Of a stretch of DNA of 64,000 nucleotides, positions 29,033 through 39,423 are shown in pieces; the first letter of the stretch is position 1; the number at the start of each line of letters is the position of its first letter. The position numbers and the translations under genes were made by a program. The stretch lies in the NCBI GenBank assembly GCA_009377635.1, contig WHTR01000001.1, forward strand, positions 41,257 through 105,256. The letters run 5' to 3'. The notes under the pieces were generated by a model. That model worked only from the letters and a program-made list of their open reading frames with translations. It searched no databases and was not told the origin of the DNA. This stretch comes from Chloroflexota bacterium. GTDB taxonomy: Bacteria > Chloroflexota > UBA6077 > SHYK01.

Positions 29033-30412
29033 CTACTCGGCCACGCGGCTCGCCAGCTCGCGCGTCTCCTGGATCTCCACGTCGGCCCGCTCCCAGAACC
29101 GGTGCCAGTCAACGGAGGCGGGGAGTACGAGATCATTGCGCACGACGATGCGCTCGAAATGGTTATCGACTGGATTCCGAACCACGTGGGGCGGCTCGCG
29201 GCCCGCCTGCACGTCCCGGATCGCGGCGAGGAGCACCTTCCGCGCGGCGAAGAGGCCCCGGTCGGTGTAGCCGAGATGCTCGGTCGTCCGATCCTGAACG
29301 GGCCCCTCTCCCTCGGTCGCCATGGTGTCGTGCAGGATGAAGTTTCGGCCCAGGCCGGAGAAGCTCTGGGTCTGCATCTCGTCGCGGTCCTGGAGATACC
29401 GATTGGCATTGTTTCGCGTCAGCCAGTAGTCGCTCGTTTTGTCCGCACCTAGTCGCCGCCTCGGATCGACGGGCGTGGACCGATTGAAGCGGATGCCGTA
29501 CCGCCAATGGTGCGTGTCATCGATCGGCATGTGCCAGTTCACGCTGTACCCCTCACGGTCGCCGGCAACGCCGCTGAGGTTGGGAAGAATGAAGTTCGTG
29601 ACCCGAACGTAGGTGCGGTCCGGGCCGGCGGGCCGCACCGCGTAGATCCGGACCCCGAAGTCTGTGATCTCCGGCTCGATCGTGGGGCAGGTGAACCGCG
29701 TGTTGAGCGACTGACGGACTCCGTCCTCGGTGCTGCCGTCGGCGGCGAGCCGGTGCAGGAACGACAGGTGCGCGGGATCGAGATTCCCCTCGTTCCCCTG
29801 CAGGAAGTTGCACTCCTGAAACGTCTTGCTGCTCGACCAGAACCCGTCGGGGGCCGACAGGAACTCGTAGGCCGGCAGCAACGGCGGCTCGCCGGGCCCC
29901 AGGTACGCGAAGATGATGCCCGTGTGCTCAACGCACGGATAGGCGGTGTGGCGAATGCGCTCGCGGAAGCTGCGCGCCGCCCCTGCCGGGGAGCCAGGCT
30001 CGTCGCTGCCTCCAACGTCCTGGGCCGCCATGTTGGAGGACGGGGCCGAGTCCCGTCCTCCCCAATGGGAGCGGCGCCCCGCCGCCTCGCCGGGCTGCTC
30101 GAGGCATCGCCCCTGAACGTCGTAGAGCCATCCGTGGTAGAGGCAGCGGAGCCCGCCATCCTCGATCCGGCCGTAGCTCAGGTCGGCGCCGCGGTGCGAG
30201 CAGTGGAGCCCCAGCAGCCCAGGCCGCCCCTGCTCGTCGCGGAACAGGACGAGATCCTCGCCGAGGAGCCGAACCGGCAACGGCGGCCCGCCTGGGGGCA
30301 GCTCCTCCCCAAGGGCGGCCGGCTGCCAGTAGCGGCGCAGCAGCTCCCCCATGCCGGTTCCCGGGCCGACCCGGGTCAGCAGCTCCTGCTCTTCCCTCGA
30401 TGCCATCGCCAC
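29033..30412 (-). CDS. Rieske non-heme iron oxygenase alpha subunit (phthalate/KshA/VanA-like, alpha-only type)
   Basis: N-terminal EEQELLTRVGPGT…RYWQP. Rieske CSHRG…C.YHGW present. GGAGGTG RBS. Confidence 0.85.
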   Translation of the reverse strand: MAMASREEQELLTRVGPGTGMGELLRRYWQPAALGEELPPGGPPLPVRLLGEDLVLFRDEQGRPGLLGLHCSHRGADLSYGRIEDGGLRCLYHGWLYDVQGRCLEQPGEAAGRRSHWGGRDSAPSSNMAAQDVGGSDEPGSPAGAARSFRERIRHTAYPCVEHTGIIFAYLGPGEPPLLPAYEFLSAPDGFWSSSKTFQECNFLQGNEGNLDPAHLSFLHRLAADGSTEDGVRQSLNTRFTCPTIEPEITDFGVRIYAVRPAGPDRTYVRVTNFILPNLSGVAGDREGYSVNWHMPIDDTHHWRYGIRFNRSTPVDPRRRLGADKTSDYWLTRNNANRYLQDRDEMQTQSFSGLGRNFILHDTMATEGEGPVQDRTTEHLGYTDRGLFAARKVLLAAIRDVQAGREPPHVVRNPVDNHFERIVVRNDLVLPASVDWHRFWERADVEIQETRELASRVAE

Positions 30413-30427
30413 ACCTCCATCGCCGGA

Positions 30428-31891
30428 TCACTGCTCGGGGAAGGGGAGGATACCCCGATACTTCTCCACCACCTGCCGACGCAGCGCGCGCGGCGCCCGA
30501 CTCACCTGCGGGAACTGATCCCTGAGCTGAAACGGCCGCGTCGCGTAGAAAATCGCCATGCTATTCGTGTGGTCGCCTGCGTCGGACCGCGCCCGGTCCG
30601 CCGACACGAGCGGGTCGAGCGGCGTACTCCAGCACCCATCGACGATCTCGATGTCCCGCGCCGGGTCGCAGCGGGTCGTCATCGCCCAGAGCACCTCCTT
30701 CAGGTCGGTGGCGTCGATGTCCTCGTCGACGACCACAATCCACCGGCCGTTCCGCGTCGCCGCGAATGCCGCGTGCGCCGCCTGCTTCGCGTGCCCCGGG
30801 AAGCGCTGCCGAAGCGAGATGGCCCGAATGTACCCCATGTGGCTCGCCGACTGGACAACGTCCTGGACGCCGGCCCGGAGCAGGTCGGCAACACCGGCGC
30901 GGCCTTCGCCGAGCGCGAGTCCGCCGTCGCTGCGGGCGCCGGGCCACATCGGGGCGCCACCCCCGAGGATCGGGGTGTTCCGATGATAGATCGCCTTGAC
31001 CCGAATCACTGGCTGGGGCTCGCCCGTCCCCACGGTGCCCCCGGAGTAGTAGCCCGGCCACTCCCCGAACGGCCCCTCGTCACGCGCCTCCACCCACGGA
31101 GGCGGGACCTCGCCCTCGATGGCGATCTCCGCGTGAGCGGGAATCGGAAGCCCGGTGATCGGCCCGCGCACGATCGCGACGGCCCGTCCACGGATGCCGC
31201 CGGCGTAATCCAGCTCCGACTCCCCCCAGGGCAGCCGGGTGTGGGAGGCCATGAACAGCAGCGGATCCTCACCAAAGACCGCCACCACCGGGCAGCTCTC
31301 CCCCCTCTCCCAGTACCGCTGGCAGATCAAGCGCCCCTGCTGACCCGGACTCATCCACAGGCCGAGGAGGTTCCGCTCGTGCACCTCCATTCGATAGGTG
31401 CCGACGTTGACGTAGCCGGAATCCGGGTCCTTATTGATGAGCGAGTCGTGCGTCCCGATGTAGCGGCCGCCGTCCATGGCGTGGTAGCGCGGCACTGGGA
31501 AGCGCAGGAGGTCGACCTCGTCCCCGGTGAGGACGTTCTCCATCACGGGCCCGGTCGGCACCTCCTCGGGCGGGATCGGGCGCGCCTCCCGGAGCTTGCG
31601 CCGCCCCAGCTCGGACAGCTCCTGGCGGCTCTTCCCCTCGAGCGGGAGGCCGAGCGCCAGAGCCATCCGCTTGGCTCCTCCGATCACATTCGTCGCGATG
31701 CGAAAGCCCGGCGGGTAGCCATTGACCGCATCGAAGATCAGCATGGGCGGGTCGGGGATCAGCTCGGCGGTCGCCTCGAGGAGAGCCCCGATCTCCTCGT
31801 TCCAATCGGCGCCTTCGATGATCCGGTACTCGTCCACCTCCATCGCCGCATCGACGAACTCCTGGAGCCCGTCGAAGACCGTTCCGGACAT
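30428..31891 (-). CDS. UbiD-family decarboxylase
   Basis: 487 aa, colinear with 1103..2527 over its whole length. Confidence 0.85.
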   Translation of the reverse strand: MSGTVFDGLQEFVDAAMEVDEYRIIEGADWNEEIGALLEATAELIPDPPMLIFDAVNGYPPGFRIATNVIGGAKRMALALGLPLEGKSRQELSELGRRKLREARPIPPEEVPTGPVMENVLTGDEVDLLRFPVPRYHAMDGGRYIGTHDSLINKDPDSGYVNVGTYRMEVHERNLLGLWMSPGQQGRLICQRYWERGESCPVVAVFGEDPLLFMASHTRLPWGESELDYAGGIRGRAVAIVRGPITGLPIPAHAEIAIEGEVPPPWVEARDEGPFGEWPGYYSGGTVGTGEPQPVIRVKAIYHRNTPILGGGAPMWPGARSDGGLALGEGRAGVADLLRAGVQDVVQSASHMGYIRAISLRQRFPGHAKQAAHAAFAATRNGRWIVVVDEDIDATDLKEVLWAMTTRCDPARDIEIVDGCWSTPLDPLVSADRARSDAGDHTNSMAIFYATRPFQLRDQFPQVSRAPRALRRQVVEKYRGILPFPEQ

Positions 31892-31985
31892 CTCGATCCT
31901 CCTCCTCTACTGCTCACCGAACCTCGCGGTCGATGCTCCTGAATCGCGCCGATCAACGGGCGGCACCCCGCTGGGTCGGTAGATT

Positions 31986-32765
31986 CTAGCGCGGCTGCGG
32001 TGCGGGCAGGGCTGCGGGTGATACCTGCCAGTACGTGCGCCAGTCGACGGAGGCCGAGATCGTGTCCCCGCGCACCACGAGGGGAAAACGGTTGTGCGCA
32101 GGATCGCGGACCACGCCGGGAGGGTCAACGCCCTCTTCGAGTTCTTTGATGGCCCGAATCAGCATGGTGCGGGCGGCGACGATGGCTCGGTCGCCAAAGC
32201 CGAGGTGTTCCTGTGCGCGGTCCTGAATGGGCCGACTCTCGGTGACACAGAGGTCCTGCGCCTGGAAGTACTGGTTGGGGATTCCGCTGTACACGACATC
32301 CCCCATCAGGGAGCGGTCCTCGAGGTAGCGGTTCGCCTTGTGCGGCACCGGCTGGTAGTCAGGGCCAATGGGTGTGCGGCCACGGCGAGCCGCGTCGCGC
32401 TCGATCCGCTCCTCGGCCCGGTATTGGAAGGTGTACTTCCAGTGGTGCTCGTCGTCGATGGGGACGTGCCAGTTGATGCTGTAGCCGTCGCCGCGACCGC
32501 CCCCGAAGGCGCTGGAGTTGGGCACCAGGAAGTAGCTCAGATCCGCGCCGCGGTGGGAACAGTGGAGGCCAAGCAGGCCGGGTCGCCCCTGTTCATCTCT
32601 GAACAGGACCAGGTCCTCACCAAGCAAGCGGACTGGGAGGGGCGCGCCGCCTGGCGGCAGCTCGGACTGAAGCGCCACCGGCTGCCAGTAGCGCCGCAGC
32701 AGTTCACCCGCCGGGGTGCCGGGCCCCGTCAGGGTCAGCAGATCGTTTTGTTCCTTGGTAAGCAC
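31986..32765 (-). pseudogene. Rieske oxygenase alpha-subunit paralog with ~200-aa in-frame internal deletion (second Rieske Cys/His pair and catalytic core lost)
   Basis: Residues 1-77 are near-identical to 29033..30412 up to HCSHRGADLSY, then join directly to …GDGYSINWHVPIDDEHHW. No C.YHGW box. Confidence 0.6.
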
Positions 32766-32780
32766 GGTCGCCGCTCTCCT

Positions 32781-33962
32781 CTAGTCGTCGGGGCTGGGAA
32801 CCTGATGGGACATGAAGATCTCGCGGCGGTCGCGAGCTGACTGCATGATGCCGAGCACGACCTCGAGGGTGGCCTCGCCCCACCGGCCATCGTGGAACAC
32901 CGGTCGCTTCTCGGCAATGGCGCGGTACAGCTCCTCGAGCTCGGCCTGGCGTCCTCGGGCCTCGAGGGGGACGGGCACCTCGTACTTCCCTTCATCTCCG
33001 TAGACGGACAGCCCGTCGGGTGATTGGCGGATGTCGCCGTGCTCGCAGCTCACGATGGTCAGGCCGAAGAAGGGCTGGTGCTGGCGCTCGCCGCCACGCC
33101 CGTAGCCCTCGCCGCCACCTGCGTAGCGCTGCCGCTCCTTCAATGCAGTCTCGTCGTCGACTTCCACCAGTCGTTTGCGGGTCTTGACGTTGCTTTCCGG
33201 GTCGGAGGGCTGACCGCCCTCCCCGATCCAGTAGGTGAGCTCAGCGGTGTCGAAGTGGGCGTAGCCGTTGTAGACCGAGGTGGCCGGTGTTCCATCTTCG
33301 AACTCCACGTAGGCGCACCACGCTCCCTCGGCCCGGCGGGCCGGATCCCAGGTGCCCGTCATGGCCCGTACGCTCCGAACCATCCCACCGGCGATGAGCC
33401 GCAAGATGTCGATCTGATGTGGACCCTGGTAGTAGACGACACTGCCCCCAACCATGGCGTCCAGCTCGTGCGGCATGCGCGGCCGGTACATGAACTGGTT
33501 GAAGAACCAGCTCTGGATCATGCCCAGCTTCCCCAGCTCGCCGCTCTTCACGATCTCCCGCATTCTCTTGATAGGAGGATCGAAACTGTGGGTGTGTCCG
33601 CACAGGAGGTGGACCCCGTTTCGCTCGGCGGCTTCGTTCATGCGCTCACACTCCTCGAGCGTGAGGACCATCGGCTTCTCGACGATGGCGTGTTTGCCGT
33701 GGTTCGCTGCGGTGATCACGTGCTCGCAGTGCAGATGGTTCGGCGTACAGACGTAGATGGCATCCACGTTCGGGCTCTTTGCCATCTCCTCGACACGCTC
33801 ATACGCCTCGGCCTCGTATGCACGGGAAAAGACCTCCAGGGCGTGCTTGCGGACATCAGCCGCCGCGGTGACCTGGAGATGGGGCCGACCCCCGAACGCC
33901 GCCAGAATCTGATTGCTCGCGACGCCAAGCCCCGCAATGCCGAATCGCAGCACTTGGGCCAT
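32781..33962 (-). CDS. Gfo/Idh/MocA-family NAD(P)-dependent oxidoreductase (putative cis-diol/sugar dehydrogenase)
   Basis: Start MAQVLRFGIAGLGVAS at 33962 is preceded by GGGAGGG. N-terminal Rossmann domain plus C-terminal alpha/beta domain. Confidence 0.8.
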   Translation of the reverse strand: MAQVLRFGIAGLGVASNQILAAFGGRPHLQVTAAADVRKHALEVFSRAYEAEAYERVEEMAKSPNVDAIYVCTPNHLHCEHVITAANHGKHAIVEKPMVLTLEECERMNEAAERNGVHLLCGHTHSFDPPIKRMREIVKSGELGKLGMIQSWFFNQFMYRPRMPHELDAMVGGSVVYYQGPHQIDILRLIAGGMVRSVRAMTGTWDPARRAEGAWCAYVEFEDGTPATSVYNGYAHFDTAELTYWIGEGGQPSDPESNVKTRKRLVEVDDETALKERQRYAGGGEGYGRGGERQHQPFFGLTIVSCEHGDIRQSPDGLSVYGDEGKYEVPVPLEARGRQAELEELYRAIAEKRPVFHDGRWGEATLEVVLGIMQSARDRREIFMSHQVPSPDD

Positions 33963-34215
33963 ACAGGTGTCCCTCCCTATGACTCCGACCCTCCGGTTCG
34001 ACCGGATGGAGACCGTCAAGGTCGAAGCCTGGAAACCAGCCTACAAACCCGCCGTTGGGTCGGCTTCGACGGGTCCACACCGCCGCGAGTATAGCATCGA
34101 GCTGAGAGGGGGGCAATGACCCGGAGGCTGATCCGTACGCCCCAGTTTCCCCCGAGACCATACCCGGTGGCGACGTGGGCACGGTGCAGAAACGCGCTCG
34201 CGGCCGACCGGCAAG

Positions 34216-35118
34216 CTACGCTTCTTCCTTGATGAAGTCAGCGAGCCGCTCCCCGATCATGATGCAGGTCAGATTGGTATTGGCGTGGGTCACCGTCGGC
34301 ATGATGGCCGCGTCAGCGACGCGCAGGTTGTCGAGTCCGTGGATACGGAGCCGGTGGTCAACAACCGCCAGGGGATCCGAGGGTGGGCCCATGAGGCACG
34401 TCCCCGCCCCGTGGTGATAGCTGCTCTTGGTATCGCGGGCGAAGGCTCCCCAGTCATCCTTCGGGCCGGGCTGGATGAGTGGCCCGTAGAAGGCTTTGAG
34501 CGGTGCCTGGTGAACCAGGTCGTCGACGAACTGCATGATCGAGGTGATGGCCTCGATGTCATCGGGGTGCTCGAGCATGGCGTCCTCGATGTGCGGCAGC
34601 TCGCGCGGGTCGGCGCTGGCCAGGCGAACGCGTCCCCTCGCCCGCTGCTCCAGCAGGTGCGCCGTGATCGGCATCATGCGTTTGAGGCCGGCCACCTCGG
34701 TGGGCGGGCGCATGAAGATGTGGGAGTTCCCGCAGGGCAGGCTGGGGTCGCTCTTGATCATGAGTTGGAAGCGAGGGACCACCCACTCCGGCCGGAACTC
34801 GGTCATCCCCTCGAACGTCATTGAGATCGAGGCGTGGTCCTGGTAGTTCTCGCCCACGCCCTCGAGCGGGTGGACCACCGGGATGCCGAGCCGCTTCAGC
34901 TCCATGATCGGTCCAACCCCGGAGAGCATGAGGATCTGCGGGCTGTGATAGACGCCGGCGCTCAAGACCACCTGGTCGCCCACGGCTTCGTACATCTGTC
35001 CCCCGCGTTCGTAGACGACGCGTTCGACCCGGCGGCCGACGACTTGCAGCGAGCTGACGGTGGCCTCGGCGACCACCTGCAGGTTCTCCCGACCCCGAGC
35101 TAGACGAGGCCTGGTCAT
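34216..35118 (-). pseudogene. GMC (choline dehydrogenase-like) oxidoreductase, C-terminal 300 aa only
   Basis: GMC C-terminal substrate-binding domain with the HHGAGTCLMG active-site region. The FAD-binding N-terminus is missing; the gene ends where intron-like sequence begins. Confidence 0.6.
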
Positions 35119-36997
35119 AATTCCTGTTTTGGCGATTTCGGGAAGTCATGGCTCGCATCATCATCGGCAGGGCGACGCCTGACAGCTCGCTCAGAAGACG
35201 CGGGGACGCTTCGTACGGTACCTTCAAACCTTCCCAAAGTGCCAGTTTTGAAAAATTGTGACCGGGCCTCGGTTAACTACGACGGAAGGCCATATCGTTG
35301 GCAGCGCTATCGCGAGCTGCCAACGGACCCCGCGCGGTCGAAGAACCTGGGCATGTACGGAATCTCCATGCGCGAGAACCGGGAGGTCCCACGGTCGCCC
35401 GTCCCGTTGATCACAGGGCGGGCCGCTCAGGGAAGGCCAAGGTCACAAGCCTGAGATGCACGACCGTGGGAAGTCGGACGTGCCCGTAGTACCTGCGAAG
35501 TCGCCGAACAAGGCCACGGCTGCGGAGGCGGCGGAGGAAAGGGGCACGGCCAAGGGAAACACGACCAGCACAACACGTCCCGGACGCAGCGCCGGGCCAG
35601 GCGTGCCACGCGGGCTGGATCGTGTGCGCGAAGTAGCACGAAGGGACAAGGAAGCACGGTTCACGGCGCTGCTGCACCACGTCGACGTGGACCGCCTCCG
35701 AGCGGCCTACCTGGCGATTCGCCCTCAGGCCGCGCCCGGGGGTGGACGGAGTGACGTGGCGAGCCTACGGCGAGGACCTGGAGGCCAACCTCCGGGACCT
35801 GCACGCCCGGGTCCATCGCGGCTCCTACCGGGCAAAGCCATCACGCCGGGCGTACAACCCGAAGGCGGACTGGCGGCAGCGGCCGCTCGGCATCGCCACG
35901 CTGGAGGACAAGATCGTCCAGCGGGCCGTCGTCGAGGTGCTCAACGCCAACTACGAGGTGGACTTCCTCGGCTTCTCCTACGGGTTCCGACCGGGGCGCA
36001 GACCGCACGACGCGCTCGATGCGCTCACGGGTGGGCTTGAACGAAGAAGGTGAACTGGGTGCTCGACGCGGATATCCGCGACTTCTTTTCCAGGCTTGAT
36101 CACACCTGGTTGGGGAAATTCCTCGAGCACCGTATCGCGGACCGACGGATCCTGCGTCTCATCCGTAAGTGGCTGAGCGCAGGGGTCATAGAGGACGGAA
36201 GCTGGTCAGAGAGCGTAGAGGGGGCACCGCAGGGAGCATCGGCATCGCCGTTGCTCGCAAACGCCTACCTTCACTACGTCGTGGACCGCTGGGTCCGGCA
36301 ATGGAGACGCCGGCACGCGCACGGAGACGTGGTCTTCGTGCAGTTCGCGGATGACTTCGTTGCCGGTTTCGAGCATCAGGCCGACGCACAGCAGTTCCTC
36401 GCCGATCTACGCGAACGGTTCGCGAAGTTCGGCCTGGAGCTGCATCCCGACAAGACGAGGCTCATCGAGTTCGGGTGCAACGCCGCCCGCAACCGAGCGG
36501 CCCGAGGCGACGGGAAGCCCGAGACGTTCGACTTCCTCGGCTTCACGCATCTCTGCGGGAAGCCGAAGAGCGGGCGCTTCTGGGTCAAGCGCAAGACCAT
36601 CTCGAAACGGATGCGAGCCAAGCTGGCCGAGGTCAATACCTCGCTGAAGCAGCGCCGGCACCAGCCCATACCGGTGCAAGGGCAATGGCTGGCAAGCGTG
36701 GTGCGAGGGCACCTCGCCTACTACGCCGTGCCCGGCAACACAGACGCCGTGGCGGCCTTCCGCACCCAGGTAACCCGGCACTGGTTCAAGGCGCTGCGGC
36801 GCCGCAGCCAGCGCTCGCGGATCAACTGGACCCGGATGGACCGTCTCGCCACTCGATGGCTACCGGCCGCCCGCGTGAAGCATCCCATCCCGAGTGCGCG
36901 CTTCGACGCTCGTACCCAAGGCAGGAGCCCAGTGCGCTAGCAGTGCACGCTGGGATCTGTGCGGGGGGCAGCCCGTAAGGGGTGTCCCTACCGCGAC
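35119..36997 (+). mobile_element. group II intron (intron 1), degenerate; 5' boundary uncertain
   Basis: RT/maturase ORF in domain IV. Candidate domain V GAGCCCAGTGCGCTAGCAGTGCACGCTGGGATC at 36925..36957 overlaps the RT stop. Ends …CGCGAC at 36997 (AY terminus). Confidence 0.6.
35456..36940 (+). pseudogene. group II intron reverse transcriptase/maturase with two 1-nt frameshifts (near 35735 and 36035)
   Basis: Leader MHDRGKSDVPVVPAKSPNK… then GVDGVTW…LGIATLEDKIVQ…FADD…maturase region, spread over three frames. Frameshift 1 lies in a GGGGG run. Confidence 0.65.
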
Positions 36998-37231
36998 CGA
37001 TCGAGAACAAAATCCACTGGGTGCGCGATGTCACCATGTACGAGGATCGCTGTCAGGTGCGCACCGGGGCAGCGCCCGAGGCCTTTGCGGCGTGTCGGAA
37101 CCTGGCGCTGACGCTCCTGCGACGCGCCGGCCATGACAACATCGCCGCCGCGCTACGCACCTACGCCGGCTGTCCCCGTGACGCCGTCCGCCTGGTGCTC
37201 TCCGGCGGGATCACCTGATGAAAAGCCCCTG
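36998..37231 (+). pseudogene. ISAs1-family transposase 3' remnant (last ~70 codons) including the IS right terminus
   Basis: IENKIHWVRDVTMYEDRCQVRTGAAPEAFAACRNLALTLLRRAGHDNIAA…LSGGIT. Terminal motif GGGATCACCTGATGAAAAGCCCCTG at 37207..37231 matches 16701..16725. Confidence 0.55.
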
Positions 37232-37325
37232 GTGATGTTCGGACGCGCATTGAGGTTTGCGGAGGGCTGGCGTAAAATACCTACAGTCCGACGTCCACTA
37301 CCGGCAGTCGGCGGTCGGGGGAACG

Positions 37326-38498
37326 ATGGAGTACGGTAACGCGGCGGATCTCTATCACACCGGACCCGGTACCCTGGCTGGGGAGTACATGCGCAAGTTC
37401 TGGCAGCCCGTCCATCGGGCAAAGGACCTTCAGCGGGGGCAGGCCCTAGGCATCCGGATCATGAGCGAGGATTTCACCCTGTTCCGGGGCGACAGAGGGA
37501 CTCCCCGGCTCGTCGGTTCGCGCTGTGCGCACCGCGGCACTCAGCTCTCTATCGGCTGGGTGGAAGGCGATAGCATCCGCTGCCGCTACCACGGCTGGAG
37601 ATACAACGGGGAGGGCCAGTGCGTCGAGCAGCCCCTCGAGGAGCGCCCTGCTCCTGAGCGTGTCTGCATCCGCTCGTACCAGGTGGAGGAGTACCTTGGA
37701 CTGATCTTCGCCTACCTGGGAGCGGAGCCCGCCCCACCGCTACGCCGCTTCCCCGACTTCGATCGTCCAGGCTACGTCGAGGCAGGCCCGCCAGAGTACT
37801 GGCCGTGCAATTACATGACCCGGATCGACAACGATCCGCGGCACGTGGTATTTACCCATCGAGAGTCCTGGAAGCGGATGGGCGACCCGGTCCGGCCTGC
37901 CGGCACACGGCTGCTCGCCGAAGAGACCGAGTACGGCGTCCGAACCTACGGGGAGCCCGTGCCTGGGCGTCCCCAACGGTACACGTACTTTCACATGCCC
38001 AACATCAACCAGGTGCGGAGCCCCCGGATCGAGGGCACGCTCGACGACTCGCGGAACCTGGAGGCCGATCGACTCTTCTGGCGGGTTCCCATCGACGATG
38101 AGCGCTGCGTGAATTTCGTCGTCGACTACATCCCGCTGAAGCCGGAGGAGGCCGAGGAGTATGGAAGGCGGCGCGAGGCTGCGGGCGAGGCCAAGCCGGC
38201 GGAGCTGAACGCGCTGGGTGATGCCATCCTGGCTGGAAGGATGCGGCTCGAGGATCTTCCCGCCGACATGAGCATCTACAAGCTGTTCTGGATCGAGGAC
38301 TACATCACACAGGTTGGCCAGGGGGCACCGGCAGGCCGGCCGCCCGAGCACCTCGGCTCGGCGGACATGGGCGTCGTCCTGAAACGCAAGATCTGGGAGC
38401 GCGAGCTACGCGCCCTGGCCAATGGAGAGCCGCTGAAGCAGTGGTACACGCCCGCCGGGCTCGCAGAGGCGCAAGGCGCTCGGGTTCCAATCGGATGA
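37326..38498 (+). CDS. Rieske non-heme iron oxygenase alpha subunit
   Basis: MEYGNAADLYHTGPGT…KFWQP; CAHRG…C.YHGW. ATGA overlap with the next gene. Confidence 0.8.
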   Translation: MEYGNAADLYHTGPGTLAGEYMRKFWQPVHRAKDLQRGQALGIRIMSEDFTLFRGDRGTPRLVGSRCAHRGTQLSIGWVEGDSIRCRYHGWRYNGEGQCVEQPLEERPAPERVCIRSYQVEEYLGLIFAYLGAEPAPPLRRFPDFDRPGYVEAGPPEYWPCNYMTRIDNDPRHVVFTHRESWKRMGDPVRPAGTRLLAEETEYGVRTYGEPVPGRPQRYTYFHMPNINQVRSPRIEGTLDDSRNLEADRLFWRVPIDDERCVNFVVDYIPLKPEEAEEYGRRREAAGEAKPAELNALGDAILAGRMRLEDLPADMSIYKLFWIEDYITQVGQGAPAGRPPEHLGSADMGVVLKRKIWERELRALANGEPLKQWYTPAGLAEAQGARVPIG

Positions 38499-39307
38499 CG
38501 ACGAAGGTCGGGTTCGTCGGCCTCGGGACCATGGGGCGAGCCATCGCCGAGAACGACGTACGCGCAGGCTTCGACGTGATGGTCTACGACCTGCGCGACG
38601 AGCCAGTGCGCGAGATGGAAGCGCTCGGCGCGACGCGGGCCGGCTCGGCGCGCGAGGTCGGCCAGCACGCGGAGATCGTCCAGCTCGCCGTTCCCGACGA
38701 CGCCGCGGTCGAAGCCTCCGTGCTCGGGAAGGATGGCGTCCTGGCGCGAGCCAAGGCAGGCACGGTCATCGTGATCCACAGCACGATTCATCCGCGCACC
38801 GCGCAGCGCGTCGGGGAGCAGGCGAGGCCAAACGACGTGGCTGTGCTCGACGCGCAGATTACGGGCGCCCAGGTGGGCGCACGCACCCAGAGCCTTACGT
38901 TCATGGTCGGCGGCGACGCGGCGGCGTTCGAGCGAGCGCGACCCGTGCTCGCCGCGTCCGGCCGTGAGATCTTCCACATGGGCGAGCTGGGCGCGGGCGC
39001 GATGACGAAGGGCGCGCAGCAGGCCATGACGTGTATCAACGTAATGGCGGCGATGGAGGGCTTTCGCTTCGCCGAGCGGGCGAAGATCGACCGAGCCGCC
39101 TTCTGTCGCGTGCTCTCCGCGAGCACGGCTCAGAGCTATGTGATCGACCACCAGATGGGCCTCGGCGAACGCCATGGTGAGGGCGTCGAGCGGCGCCCCT
39201 TCCATCGGGGGCTGAAGGCGGTGCTCGCCATGGCGTTCGATCTCGACGTTCCAATGCCGGCGGCGGCGCTCGCCCAGCAGACGATTCCGTGGGGGGATGG
39301 GGGGTAG
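38495..39307 (+). CDS. NAD-binding beta-hydroxyacid dehydrogenase (HIBADH/6PGDH-like)
   Basis: VGFVGLGTMGRAIA dinucleotide fold; 270 aa. Confidence 0.75.
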   Translation: MTTKVGFVGLGTMGRAIAENDVRAGFDVMVYDLRDEPVREMEALGATRAGSAREVGQHAEIVQLAVPDDAAVEASVLGKDGVLARAKAGTVIVIHSTIHPRTAQRVGEQARPNDVAVLDAQITGAQVGARTQSLTFMVGGDAAAFERARPVLAASGREIFHMGELGAGAMTKGAQQAMTCINVMAAMEGFRFAERAKIDRAAFCRVLSASTAQSYVIDHQMGLGERHGEGVERRPFHRGLKAVLAMAFDLDVPMPAAALAQQTIPWGDGG

Positions 39308-39423
39308 GGGTTGGGGATTTGCGCGCCATCAAGGCATCTACTGCCCCGAGTGGAAGAATGCCGTGGAGGAACCGTATTGAGCGGATGGGTCTACAACAAA
39401 GCTGTCTGCGACAGAGGAGACGT

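Noticed and set aside
24176-31942. Long plus-strand ORFs 24176..26065, 26242..27423, 27439..29013 and 29507..31942
   Set aside because: Each is antisense to a family-recognisable minus-strand gene (SBP5, NMT1-like, SBP5, Rieske/UbiD). Translations are Arg/Gly/Pro-rich with no domain signatures.
34020-34215. GGTTCGA T-loop-like motif suggesting a tRNA
   Set aside because: No acceptor stem, D-arm or anticodon arm can be built around it. It is most likely chance within a promoter region.
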